A stretch of 64,000 nucleotides of DNA from Promethearchaeota archaeon Loki_b31 (GTDB taxonomy: Archaea; Asgardarchaeota; Lokiarchaeia; Sigyniarchaeales; SOKP01): the NCBI GenBank assembly GCA_005222975.1, contig NJBI01000001.1:64001-128000 (forward strand), given 5' to 3'. The notes below the pieces were generated by a model that was given only the letters and a program-made list of their open reading frames with translations, searched no databases and had not been told where the DNA came from. A program made the translations under genes and the position numbers. Shown here one piece after another: positions 49,716 to 59,811 of this stretch. The stretch's first letter is position 1. Each line of letters begins with the position of its first letter.

Positions 49716-51388
49716 TTCTGATCTAACCCTCCTGTATTATTAATGTTGGTTGATTTTTTCGTATCTAAACTTTTATGTATTTTATCAGATTGTTTAGAAA
49801 TTCCAATTGTTTGTGATGCTGGTTTAGTTTTAGTATATTTTGCTGATTTACTTAATTCCTTTTTATACAACTTATTAAAAGCATCCTTGTTACTTGTTAT
49901 GTGTTTTTTTGGAGGATTAGCCGTTCTCAGAGTCTTTTTGTATTTTCGCACTTTTCTTACAGGTAAAGGATATTTAAATATTCTTTGATACAACACGAAA
50001 TATGTAGCCACAATTCCTCCAGCAATTACAGCAATAATAGCTAGAAGACGGAATATCTCTGGTTCACCAAATATATCTGAGCGAATTTCTATGTATGAAA
50101 TTACAAGAGATACATCGTCAATCGATATAACAATTGAACGATTTAACGAAAATTCATCTGCTAGATATACTTTAATAGAAAGTCCAATGTTAACATTTTT
50201 TAGAATCAGCTTAGTAACGTTAAAACCGCCTTGCTTTGCTTCTTGAAAGCTAGTTGGTACTAGATTCAGTTTAAGAGTCTCTTCGTGGGAGTTATTGTTT
50301 AACAGAATTTGTAATTCTGAGTTTGGAGATAAATCAGTAGGCCATTTTTGGTCGATTTTATACGTAAATTTAAGTTTAGCCCCTGTAATTTGTTTATTTT
50401 CACCACTAATATCGTTTCCAATTTGGTTCCAAGAAACACTTGTGAATTGATTAATTTTTTTCACGTAACTAAAAGATAAATTGCACGATTTAATTCTTAA
50501 AGAATCCCATCGATCACGATCGAAATTGAAATTATCGACACATTTGATTCTAATTCCAAGTGTAACTTTAAAGTGATGATTATCACGCTCAAAAAGAGAG
50601 GTTAAATAAAATATTAGTGCTTCTTCTACCACAGTATTCATAAAACTATCTAAGATATTACTAATTTCAGGATCACTATCTTGTCCTAAATCTATACTTT
50701 GATACCACGCTACTTCATATTTTTCGTTATCTTCCAAATCTGAGATAAGTACATAAAATCTTGCACTATCATAATCACCAGGATTAGTTACGGTATCATT
50801 AGGCGCATCCACTCCAAAAGCGAAATTAGCGGATGTTGTTGTTACTGTGGCATTAAATACAGCTGAAATCGATGCAGAAGTAATAACATAATCTGACATA
50901 TCTACTGGCATTGTAATATTTCTTTCCCAATGAATACTTGGAGATTGAATGGGGTCATCTGGATCAATCCAAGTATGATTCACTTCGCAACCATATTCAT
51001 CAATTCCGTGAAAATCGGGTAAAGCGGGGAAAGCAGGGTTAGTAACATTTAACCAATAGTCAGAAGTTGGCGTTCCCGAAATTTCCGAAAAGTATCCTTG
51101 ATCTCCAGTGATTCCTAAATTGGCTTGACCTGGGCTGAAAGTAGCAGTAACATCGGAAGAGTCACCTTCTATGCTATAAAACCAAGGATCAATTGATTCA
51201 TCGAATCCCGTATTTACAAGCCATTCATCTGTATGAGGAATTACGGTTGAGGTTTTAATCATTGTTTGTTGTTCTGCAATATTTAGATTTTGATTCAATA
51301 TAACTAAATTTAAAGACGCGATGAAGAGAACAATAACAAAATAAAGATAGAATTTTTTCTTGATAAATTTAATAACCATTAGATTCAC
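49712..51388 (-). CDS. Surface glycoprotein, class B paralog
   Basis: Same motifs; tail KYPLPVRKVRK; ATGA overlap with the downstream gene. Confidence 0.85.
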   Translation of the reverse strand: MNLMVIKFIKKKFYLYFVIVLFIASLNLVILNQNLNIAEQQTMIKTSTVIPHTDEWLVNTGFDESIDPWFYSIEGDSSDVTATFSPGQANLGITGDQGYFSEISGTPTSDYWLNVTNPAFPALPDFHGIDEYGCEVNHTWIDPDDPIQSPSIHWERNITMPVDMSDYVITSASISAVFNATVTTTSANFAFGVDAPNDTVTNPGDYDSARFYVLISDLEDNEKYEVAWYQSIDLGQDSDPEISNILDSFMNTVVEEALIFYLTSLFERDNHHFKVTLGIRIKCVDNFNFDRDRWDSLRIKSCNLSFSYVKKINQFTSVSWNQIGNDISGENKQITGAKLKFTYKIDQKWPTDLSPNSELQILLNNNSHEETLKLNLVPTSFQEAKQGGFNVTKLILKNVNIGLSIKVYLADEFSLNRSIVISIDDVSLVISYIEIRSDIFGEPEIFRLLAIIAVIAGGIVATYFVLYQRIFKYPLPVRKVRKYKKTLRTANPPKKHITSNKDAFNKLYKKELSKSAKYTKTKPASQTIGISKQSDKIHKSLDTKKSTNINNTGGLDQK

Positions 51389-51553
51389 ATTTAATATAAT
51401 TAAAATTTAAGAATTGAAAATTGTAGAATATATTAGGATATAACTAGCCACACTTATAATATTTAATAATTTTAAATTATAATTACATAATATTTTAATT
51501 TATTTCTTTTTTTTAAAAAAAGAAGTTAAAAAGGAATGTGATTTATTCATTTC

Positions 51554-54500
51554 TCATTTTTGAATATGTATTTCTTGTTGTTTTCCAAGCAATTTATCCC
51601 GCACATTTTTACCATCTAGAGGGGAGCCTTTTAAAAACCTAGTAGTTTTGTTTATTTCTTCTTGAAAAATCTTGTTGAACGCGTACTTGCGATTAATAAT
51701 ACGCACATCTGGTTCTTTTTTGCTTGTTAAAGTCTTTCTATATTTTCTAACTTTTCTCACTTCAACAGGATATTTCAATATCAGTTGATATAGAATTATG
51801 TAAGTAGCTATAATAGCAGCTCCAATTGAAGCTAAGATAAAAAAAGTCAAGAACATGAAGTTTGGTTCTAGAGGAACGATCACATCGTAGGTTATTAAAA
51901 GAATTACATTATCAATTGATATCATTAGATCTCTATCTAGAATAAACTCATCAGCAATATATACTTGAAGAGAAACGTTAATTTTATCATCATTTGGTAT
52001 TAAGTTTGTAACGATAAATCCGTCTTCTCTAGCTTCTTTAAATGTCGTCTCTAATTCGTTTAATCTAATAGTCTCATTATACTCAACATTGTTTATAAAT
52101 ATTTTAAACCTAGAATTAGGAGATAAAGAACTCACCCATGTTTGGTTGATTTTATAATCAAAAAACAATTTTGCGTCTGTAACTTCAATAGTATAGTTGT
52201 TTTCTTCAATTTTTTCTCCATAATTATTCCATGTTAAGAAAGAGAACTGATTTATTTTTTTTTCATATGAAATTGACATATTAAAATTTTTTATCAATAA
52301 CATCTGCCAATTATCACTATCTCCTGGATGTCCACTATCTTCACACCAAATATATGTACCTAAAGTAATTGCAAAATTTTGATGATCGTATTGTAACGCC
52401 TGTTCGAGATAAAATATCAGAGTTTCTTCGTTAACTGGACCAATAAGAGTATCATTTAATTGTGTTATTGGGACTGGATCATCCTTGCCTAAGTCGTCTG
52501 TCTGATATTGAGTTGCTAGGAATTCTCTATTTTTATTTAAATCAGATATTATTAAAAAGAATCTCGCAAAATCCCCTGTTGCAATTTGAACTGTCGTCCC
52601 TCCACTAAGTGTATCCCCAGGACGATCAATCCCTCCTCCATTAACTGGAGATGCTTGTACTGTGCCATTTATCCAACAATTTAAAGAGGCTGAAGTGATG
52701 ACATAGTCAGACATATTCACATCCATAGTAAAGTTTTTCTGCCATTGCACTCTAAGCGACTGTGGGGCGTTATCTGGCCAGAAATGACTTGTATACCACC
52801 CACTTTCGTCCATTCCATAACTATCAGGAAGTGGTAATCCATCTTGATCCTCAATTTGAATCCAACCACTACTGGTCCCATTTTCGATGAAAGTTTTAGA
52901 TCCAACATCACCATTTATTATATAATTAGCACTACCATTGTTAATTTCTGCATGTATATCTGATAAATCACCTTCTAATAAAGAAGTCCAATTCTCAATT
53001 GAATCAAAATTTGTATTATCTATCCACTGCTGAGTCACTGATTTTCTTATAAAAGTATTTGTTGGACTTTCTTGAGAAAGCTTTAACAAGTTTCTAGAGT
53101 AAATCGAATCATTAGGAATATAAATAACTATTATGGGCAGAATTATTAATCCGATTAGAAGAAATATTAAAAACACAAGTTTTTTAGTGGATTTTAGTTT
53201 GTTAACTTTCTTTTTTAGATTACTCTTAACTTTTTTTGCTTTACTTGAGCTGGATGCATGTGTTTTTGTCGAAGTTCTTTTTAGCATCTTGCTATACTTC
53301 TTATTAAATAAATTTTTTCGAGTTGTTATTGTAACATTTGGAGTTTTCTCCTTTCTCAAAGATTTACTATATTTTCTTACTTTTCTTACTGGCTTTGGAA
53401 ATCTTAAAACTCTCCTGTAGTAAATAAAATAAACCAATAATAATGCTGATGCGATTAACGCACTTATTAATAGGATAAGAAAAGTTGTGTCTCGTTGGGC
53501 AGGGAAAAATAAATCGTAATAAACATGTAAGGACACATTATCTATCGTGATCGTATAGTTTTCAATTAAATTAAATTCATCTGCGAGAAATATTTGGATT
53601 GTAAGATTTATATCATAATTTTCTGGAGTAATACTAGTTAAATCGAATCCTCCTACTTTAGCTGGATTCAAATTCGTATCTGCTTCGCTTAATTTGATAT
53701 TCTCGCTATATTCCTGGTCATTAATTAAAATTCTAAATTCTGAATTAGGAGATAAAGAAACTGGCCACAATTTATCAATTTTATAATCAAAGAATAATTT
53801 TGATTGAGTAATATCTATAATTCCACCTTTATTATTAATTCGCTCCGTAGGATATTTCCATGACAATGAAGTTAATTGGTTAATTTTTTTAACATAAGAT
53901 ATGGTTAAGTTACAAGCTTTAATATAGACTTCATTAAATTCGTCTAGATCCGTAATACAATTATCTTCACAATTGAATTCCATTCCTAGAATAATAATAA
54001 AATTTTGAAAATCGCCGTTTTCTAAAACTTGATTGAGAAAAAATATCAAATCATCCATATTTTCCGCTACAAAAATAGTATCATTTAAATAATCATAACT
54101 GTCAGCAACTTGTGCACCATCCTGACCTAGAGTAGATGTTTGATAATGTGTAATTTTATATTTCACATCCTTGTCGAAATTAGCAAGTCTCACATAATAT
54201 TTAATGTAATCTCCTTCAACAAAAGTAGACATACCAGCATCCCCTGCTACTTCAACACCTTCCCAATGCCAGACATCCCCATCCCCACAACCTACATAAG
54301 CTTTTGCAGTAGCATTAATCAAAACATTTAATGATGCTGAAGTTATAGTATAATCTGACATGTTAAGTGGTGTTGTGATCATTTTCTCCCATTGAATACT
54401 CGTTTTTTGGTAAGCGTTTACGGTTGTTCCTTCATGTTCAGCCCATAGGTGAGAAGCAAAAACTCCTGACTCATCACTTCCATGTCCTTGAGTTGGATAG

Positions 54501-54898
54501 ACGGGAATTTCAGGATTAGTCGAATTATACCAATCTTGCGAAGTTGTTGAATTAAGGATGCCTGAAATTAACGTTGAAGTATAAGTCTCCCCGATAACTT
54601 TAAAACTTGCTTCTCCACCAACGATGCTTGTATCCACATCGCTTATATCACCAGCATACTCGCTAATCCAACCAATATCATTATCAAAATCACTATTAAT
54701 AACCAACTGTGTTTCATGTGATTCCTTAAACCACTCTTCTGTAAAGTCCTCTTGGCTTAAGTTTATACTGAGACCATGATTTGACTCATTTTGTAAACTA
54801 TTATTTTGATTAAAGAAAAAGAATGATGTTACGATAGATATGTTTAATATAACAATAATATAGAGAATTTTATTTTTACTTGATAAATATTTTTTCAT
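51554..54898 (-). CDS. Surface glycoprotein built from two complete class B units in tandem (4 TM segments)
   Basis: NMSDY.ITSASL, SPNS and the TM+PxxVRKVRK tail each occur twice. Confidence 0.85.
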   Translation of the reverse strand: MKKYLSSKNKILYIIVILNISIVTSFFFFNQNNSLQNESNHGLSINLSQEDFTEEWFKESHETQLVINSDFDNDIGWISEYAGDISDVDTSIVGGEASFKVIGETYTSTLISGILNSTTSQDWYNSTNPEIPVYPTQGHGSDESGVFASHLWAEHEGTTVNAYQKTSIQWEKMITTPLNMSDYTITSASLNVLINATAKAYVGCGDGDVWHWEGVEVAGDAGMSTFVEGDYIKYYVRLANFDKDVKYKITHYQTSTLGQDGAQVADSYDYLNDTIFVAENMDDLIFFLNQVLENGDFQNFIIILGMEFNCEDNCITDLDEFNEVYIKACNLTISYVKKINQLTSLSWKYPTERINNKGGIIDITQSKLFFDYKIDKLWPVSLSPNSEFRILINDQEYSENIKLSEADTNLNPAKVGGFDLTSITPENYDINLTIQIFLADEFNLIENYTITIDNVSLHVYYDLFFPAQRDTTFLILLISALIASALLLVYFIYYRRVLRFPKPVRKVRKYSKSLRKEKTPNVTITTRKNLFNKKYSKMLKRTSTKTHASSSSKAKKVKSNLKKKVNKLKSTKKLVFLIFLLIGLIILPIIVIYIPNDSIYSRNLLKLSQESPTNTFIRKSVTQQWIDNTNFDSIENWTSLLEGDLSDIHAEINNGSANYIINGDVGSKTFIENGTSSGWIQIEDQDGLPLPDSYGMDESGWYTSHFWPDNAPQSLRVQWQKNFTMDVNMSDYVITSASLNCWINGTVQASPVNGGGIDRPGDTLSGGTTVQIATGDFARFFLIISDLNKNREFLATQYQTDDLGKDDPVPITQLNDTLIGPVNEETLIFYLEQALQYDHQNFAITLGTYIWCEDSGHPGDSDNWQMLLIKNFNMSISYEKKINQFSFLTWNNYGEKIEENNYTIEVTDAKLFFDYKINQTWVSSLSPNSRFKIFINNVEYNETIRLNELETTFKEAREDGFIVTNLIPNDDKINVSLQVYIADEFILDRDLMISIDNVILLITYDVIVPLEPNFMFLTFFILASIGAAIIATYIILYQLILKYPVEVRKVRKYRKTLTSKKEPDVRIINRKYAFNKIFQEEINKTTRFLKGSPLDGKNVRDKLLGKQQEIHIQK

Positions 54899-55098
54899 AT
54901 TAATCTCAAACCCAAGATTCCTATAATTGATATATAGTAAAAAATTTTAGCATAAATAAATTACAGTTTTAAAATTAGAGCAACATCAAATTCATTTTTA
55001 AATTATTGATTAAATTTAAGTTAATAAATTACTTAAGACATAATTATATATATTTTAATATAATTAATTTACTTATAAAAAATTAGAGGCAAATCAAA

Positions 55099-56355
55099 TT
55101 GATACAATCGATTTGTACATTTCAATTTAAATTGAATCAGAATGAAACTACAGGAGAGATAGATCCCGAATTTAGCCCAATTCAATTAGTGTTTAAGAAT
55201 GAGAAATTTAAAGAAGACGATTTTTCAGAGCTAATCATAGAGAACGATATCTTTGCTACGTTCTATCAACATACCACAGGTATTTTTGGTGTTAAATATG
55301 GATTCAGTAATTTTTATACTGGCCGCTTAAAAGAAACGCCATATAAAGTTTTGTCGTATTTCAAGCAGTTAGCCGATGGAACTCAATATCTTGCGATGTC
55401 TATATTTGAATTAGACGACGAAATAGAATTGTTTGAGGATTTAATTAAAGATATGGCAAAAAGATTAGACACTATTTTTGAGAAATTAACTAAAGCTGTA
55501 AATACGAGGCAATTGGATTTAGTTTCCAACGTAAATATCCGTTTAATGAACGAATTAAAATATACCATATTTCAAATTGAGCGTTTAAGTCAATTAGACA
55601 AACTTCAAAAAGTAGCTCTAATCTATAATAACGACGAACGGTTAAAAATCTTAGAAATTTTAAGAGACCAACCTATTTCAAAAAGCGAAATGAAAAAAAT
55701 TGTTGAAAAAATGAAACCTACTGCTAATATTGATATTTTACTTAGACCCTTTATAGAATTGAACTTAGTAAGGCGTGATTGGGTAAAAGGTGAGAAAGAT
55801 AAAAAGACTGGAGTGATAACAAATCAAGGAGAGTATCTATTTTTAGTCAAAGATTTAATTTTAGCCCGCATTCCCAACGAAGGTCTCTTAAAGCATTTTA
55901 AAGACACAAACAACGAGTTATTACCTTTGTTTAGGCAAAAATCTACAGACTATTTCACAAATTACGATCCCTATGCAGAACCTTTTGAAAATACCAAAAA
56001 ACTGGCTTCAATATTACTTAACCCTGATGTTTATGATTTCTTCGTCTTAATGCGTTCGAACCATTATCCACTAGATAAAATACCAAAAATCTTTTCAGAG
56101 TTCGCCGTCACAGAAATTTTGCTTGACAATTTAAAGAAATTAAACGTGATTACTGAAATTAAAGACGAAAATAAAAGAAGTTGGATTTGTTTGCTTACGG
56201 ACATCAAACCACTAACAATTTTTCCAGAATATTTGCTACCAAAAATCAGAGAAGCTTATAGAAAGGAAGAAACGGATGGAAAAATTACTTACGAAATCGC
56301 TAAAAAAGCCTTAAACTTATTGGAAATATCCTTTCCAGAAAAAGTTACTTTTTAA
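55099..56355 (+). CDS. Hypothetical protein: possible longin-like N-terminus plus two winged-helix domains
   Basis: wHTH-like ERLKILEILRDQPISKSEM...LLRPFIELNLV and DVYDFFVLMR...LLDNLKKLNVI; alpha/beta N-terminal region. Confidence 0.55.
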   Translation: MIQSICTFQFKLNQNETTGEIDPEFSPIQLVFKNEKFKEDDFSELIIENDIFATFYQHTTGIFGVKYGFSNFYTGRLKETPYKVLSYFKQLADGTQYLAMSIFELDDEIELFEDLIKDMAKRLDTIFEKLTKAVNTRQLDLVSNVNIRLMNELKYTIFQIERLSQLDKLQKVALIYNNDERLKILEILRDQPISKSEMKKIVEKMKPTANIDILLRPFIELNLVRRDWVKGEKDKKTGVITNQGEYLFLVKDLILARIPNEGLLKHFKDTNNELLPLFRQKSTDYFTNYDPYAEPFENTKKLASILLNPDVYDFFVLMRSNHYPLDKIPKIFSEFAVTEILLDNLKKLNVITEIKDENKRSWICLLTDIKPLTIFPEYLLPKIREAYRKEETDGKITYEIAKKALNLLEISFPEKVTF

Positions 56356-56389
56356 ATCACCAATTAACTAGCACGAGAGGAGTAAAGAA

Positions 56390-58603
56390 TTGTATTTATT
56401 TAAAGATAAGGAAGAAGTAGAGATACCATATACCTGTAAATTATGTTTGAAAGAAATATCTTTTAAAATAACTAAGAAGGAATACAAAGATGTTTCTAAA
56501 TTTCCGATTAAAAAAGAATTTTTACACGGACCTCCTGAACATAATTTAATTGTTTATTTTAATCAATATTTAGAAGTCGAGAATTTTGAAATAAAGGAAA
56601 TGCTCAAAAAAGAAGAAGTTTCCTATTCAAAAGAACTTACAAAACAAGTTTTGAGCGAAATTGATCTCTCTGACGACGAGATTGAATTGTATTTCAGAAT
56701 CACGGGTCGTGAAGCCGTTAGCATCGGCGAAATGGCAATTTTAACCGGAAAACCTAAAGCTGAATGCCAAGAGATGGCGACTAAATTTGTTAAAAAAGGA
56801 CTATTTAAGGAAATCATTGGAGCAAAACCGCATTATAGCGCTCTACCTCCATACGCAGCCTTAGTTAGCCAGTTGCAAAAATTTCATAAATATATCTCAG
56901 ATATTAAAGTCAACATACCTACTCAACTAGAAAAATCATTTGCACAGTTAGAATCAGAGTCTGGAAAGGTTGAAGTTAAAGTTGAAAGAAAGCCCATACC
57001 TACGGAGTTAATGAAAGAATTAAAAGATAATATGCTAACACAGATTAAATCACAGAAGAAAGAATTTGACGACACATTAGTAGTAATGGATCAAATTAGA
57101 GGGATCTCAGATGAGATTTCAAGCCTTGAAGGATATACTGATTCGGTTATGGAATCGCCTCAAATCGCCGATCTTAAAAAAAGATTTGATGATGTTAACA
57201 CAAAGACATCTCAAATCATTAAAGGACAGGTTAGCGATTTGAAGAACGAATTTGAGAACATTAAATCAACTGTCTCTCAAAATCTGCAGAAGTTACGTCT
57301 TGGAGTAATTTCCCAAACTGTTGAACAAGTGATTGATAAGGTTGTAAACGCAAAATTAAAAGATATCTCTGATAATATCAATGTGCAACTATCCGTAAGC
57401 CAAGTCGCATTCTCTGACGAGCTTAAAAAAGCGACTCAAGGCGTTGATTCTGAATTAATATCAAAATTGAAAGAATCATTAAAAAGTACCCTTGAAAATA
57501 TTGATGGTATTACCTCAAAGGTAGAAGAAGATAAAGAAAAAGTATACGCTGATATTACTGAAAATTTTAATAGAGCAATAAAAATGGCTGAAGAAAAAAT
57601 AGAAGGAATCTCTGGTACGACATTTCAATCGCTTGGCAATTTAAAAGATGTTTTTTACGATCAAATTGTCGCGACTTTAGATAATACGCTTGAAGATATA
57701 TTGAATAAACTCGAGAGATCCGAAAAAGTCACAAGTGAATTCTGGGAGCAAGCGAAAACCGGGAGATCAATTACAATGAAAGATATTTGGTTCATTCGCT
57801 CACCTGAAGCCGCTAAGGCACACATTAGCGACGAAATTTCAAAAGCAAAAATGAGAATATTACTCGTTGCCCCTCAAATCAGCGATATCGATCTTAACGC
57901 AATAATGGAGCGACCTTCAAGGATAAATTTCAGAATAGCCGCAAATATTGATTTCAATAATCCCGAACACGCAGCTGTAATCCAACAGTTGGATAAAATG
58001 GATAATGTTGATTATAGACATCGCTCTTTGCAAAATTTATGGGGTATAAATCGAGATTACGAAGAAGTAATCGTATGCGTGCTTTCAAAAGCAGAAGTAA
58101 GAGGGGAGTCTATAACTGAGATTGCCGGAATAGGAAGTATTATAGAAGAACATATCAAAATTTTTGTCCCCATTCTTGAGGAATCCTGGATGGGCGCAAG
58201 AAAGGAAGTTATGCATGCTATTAAGTCATCAATTGTACAAGAAACTCCACCACAAAAAGAACATGTAAAATTAAAACCAATAGTTCAGATACCAAAAGTA
58301 ATTGCTCCACCTGAAAAAGAGGTTCCTGTTCCAACAACAACGCCATCCGGGGAAAAATCTTTGTTGACAAAACAATTTGACTTAATCTTTGATAATGTTG
58401 ACTCTTTGATGGGTATTGAACTCTCTTCGGCTCTTGAAAAGTTTCAGAGCGAATACATAAAAGAAACTGGATATAACAGCGTGTTAAAGAACATTCATAA
58501 TACTAGCACAACTCTAAAGAATAAGACATATGTTCTTAGTCAACCAGAGAAAGAAGACCTTAGAATGAAAATGAATTTTTGGCGCCAAAAATTAGATCTT
58601 TAA
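56390..58603 (+). CDS. TrmB-like regulator with N-terminal Zn-binding module, long coiled-coil insert and C-terminal helical domain
   Basis: CKLC...H....H; TrmB wHTH LSDDEIELY...KKGL...YSALPP; about 300 aa of coiled coil; IWFIRS..A...I...ISKAKMRILLVAP (TrmB effector/PLD-like domain); GAGGAG upstream. Confidence 0.7.
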   Translation: MYLFKDKEEVEIPYTCKLCLKEISFKITKKEYKDVSKFPIKKEFLHGPPEHNLIVYFNQYLEVENFEIKEMLKKEEVSYSKELTKQVLSEIDLSDDEIELYFRITGREAVSIGEMAILTGKPKAECQEMATKFVKKGLFKEIIGAKPHYSALPPYAALVSQLQKFHKYISDIKVNIPTQLEKSFAQLESESGKVEVKVERKPIPTELMKELKDNMLTQIKSQKKEFDDTLVVMDQIRGISDEISSLEGYTDSVMESPQIADLKKRFDDVNTKTSQIIKGQVSDLKNEFENIKSTVSQNLQKLRLGVISQTVEQVIDKVVNAKLKDISDNINVQLSVSQVAFSDELKKATQGVDSELISKLKESLKSTLENIDGITSKVEEDKEKVYADITENFNRAIKMAEEKIEGISGTTFQSLGNLKDVFYDQIVATLDNTLEDILNKLERSEKVTSEFWEQAKTGRSITMKDIWFIRSPEAAKAHISDEISKAKMRILLVAPQISDIDLNAIMERPSRINFRIAANIDFNNPEHAAVIQQLDKMDNVDYRHRSLQNLWGINRDYEEVIVCVLSKAEVRGESITEIAGIGSIIEEHIKIFVPILEESWMGARKEVMHAIKSSIVQETPPQKEHVKLKPIVQIPKVIAPPEKEVPVPTTTPSGEKSLLTKQFDLIFDNVDSLMGIELSSALEKFQSEYIKETGYNSVLKNIHNTSTTLKNKTYVLSQPEKEDLRMKMNFWRQKLDL

Positions 58604-58722
58604 TCAATTTTTTAAAACCTTTTTAAATTATTTTATTTCAAATAAAATATTTCAATAGCATTTTTTGATTTAAAGTCTGAAAACACGAACATTATTAAGA
58701 TTTCAAGTAATTTATTTTATTT

Positions 58723-59691
58723 ATGAATCTAGATCTCAAAAAATTTGATATAATTTATGTAATTGGTTTAGTTGCAACTACTATTTTCATGATTCTTGAA
58801 TTGATCTTTGGATTTGTTGCGTTAAATATTACTTTCTTAATTTTCTTTTGGACAATGAAGCTTCTTGCCGGTTTTGGTTTGATATTAACTGTTGCAAATG
58901 GTATTTTGTGGATTCTAAATCGTTTTACTGAAAAATTTAGTAAAAAACATGTTCAGGTCCTTATAATTATTCAGGTGATAGTTCCAGGAATTTTCGTAGG
59001 ATATGCTATTTATAGCATAATTTCAAGCTTACCTCCCGCAATACCTCCAACAGGTATACAATATTGGTTTGATCTTCTAATATTTCTTTATGGTATTATC
59101 TCTTTAATGCTATCATTATATATAATTCCATTAATTAGAGAAGAATTTCAGGAAGCTGTAGACATGGGAATAATTAAGCGTATGAAGAAAGGAACAAAAA
59201 AAATAGGAAGAAAAATGAAGAAAGGATACTTTAGCTGGAGAGGAAAGTATGCGAAAGTTCAAATTCAAGATCAGATGACATTAGGAGAAGTCCTAGATAT
59301 CTGGAGAAATCAATTTGCAGTGTATTTGCTTATCCCGATTGCCATAGGTTCCCTTATCTTTACACCTATAGCATTTATTTGCATAGTCTTTTGGCTAAAA
59401 ATAATTGTTTTTAATAAAGGCGAGCCTAAGTTTTATGAAAGAATAACTTTACTTATCTCCACTATTTGGATCACAACAATCGCATGTTTGTCTTACACCT
59501 TCAAAATTGGATTCTTTACATCTATCGAGCCATTTTTCTGGACTATTCAAGTGTTTTACCTCGTTGGAATTATTATCTCCACCGGTATATTCATTCATCA
59601 ATTCATTAAACTTAAAGGAATAACAATAAAAAAGATTAAGGAAGAAATTCATGAAAGAAGAGCGGCAGAGGATATTGAGGAAACAGATTAG
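58723..59691 (+). CDS. Hypothetical multi-pass membrane protein
   Basis: About 7 hydrophobic segments with a central Lys-rich loop. Confidence 0.75.
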   Translation: MNLDLKKFDIIYVIGLVATTIFMILELIFGFVALNITFLIFFWTMKLLAGFGLILTVANGILWILNRFTEKFSKKHVQVLIIIQVIVPGIFVGYAIYSIISSLPPAIPPTGIQYWFDLLIFLYGIISLMLSLYIIPLIREEFQEAVDMGIIKRMKKGTKKIGRKMKKGYFSWRGKYAKVQIQDQMTLGEVLDIWRNQFAVYLLIPIAIGSLIFTPIAFICIVFWLKIIVFNKGEPKFYERITLLISTIWITTIACLSYTFKIGFFTSIEPFFWTIQVFYLVGIIISTGIFIHQFIKLKGITIKKIKEEIHERRAAEDIEETD

Positions 59692-59811
59692 GTTGAATAA
59701 ATCTTTAAAAAAAAATTAGTTAATTCTTTTTTTTTTAAGTCGTAATATCATTAAGATAAATTACAAACGAGAAATAAAATACTTATTATTCGATTTTTTC
59801 TTATTATTTTT

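Noticed and set aside
40473-54898. Calling the surface proteins S-layer proteins or PGF/Loki-CTERM-sorted proteins
   Set aside because: No PG(F/Y) motif precedes the TM helix, and the tails are long conserved cytoplasmic segments rather than short basic stops; no recognisable S-layer family motif.
3015-59652. Remaining short ORFs nested in or antisense to long genes (e.g. 15234-15617, 17196-17639, 18299-18640, 26257-26631, 41617-42170, 53133-53420)
   Set aside because: Fully overlapped by well-supported genes, with the Ser/Phe/Ile-rich composition typical of shadow frames.
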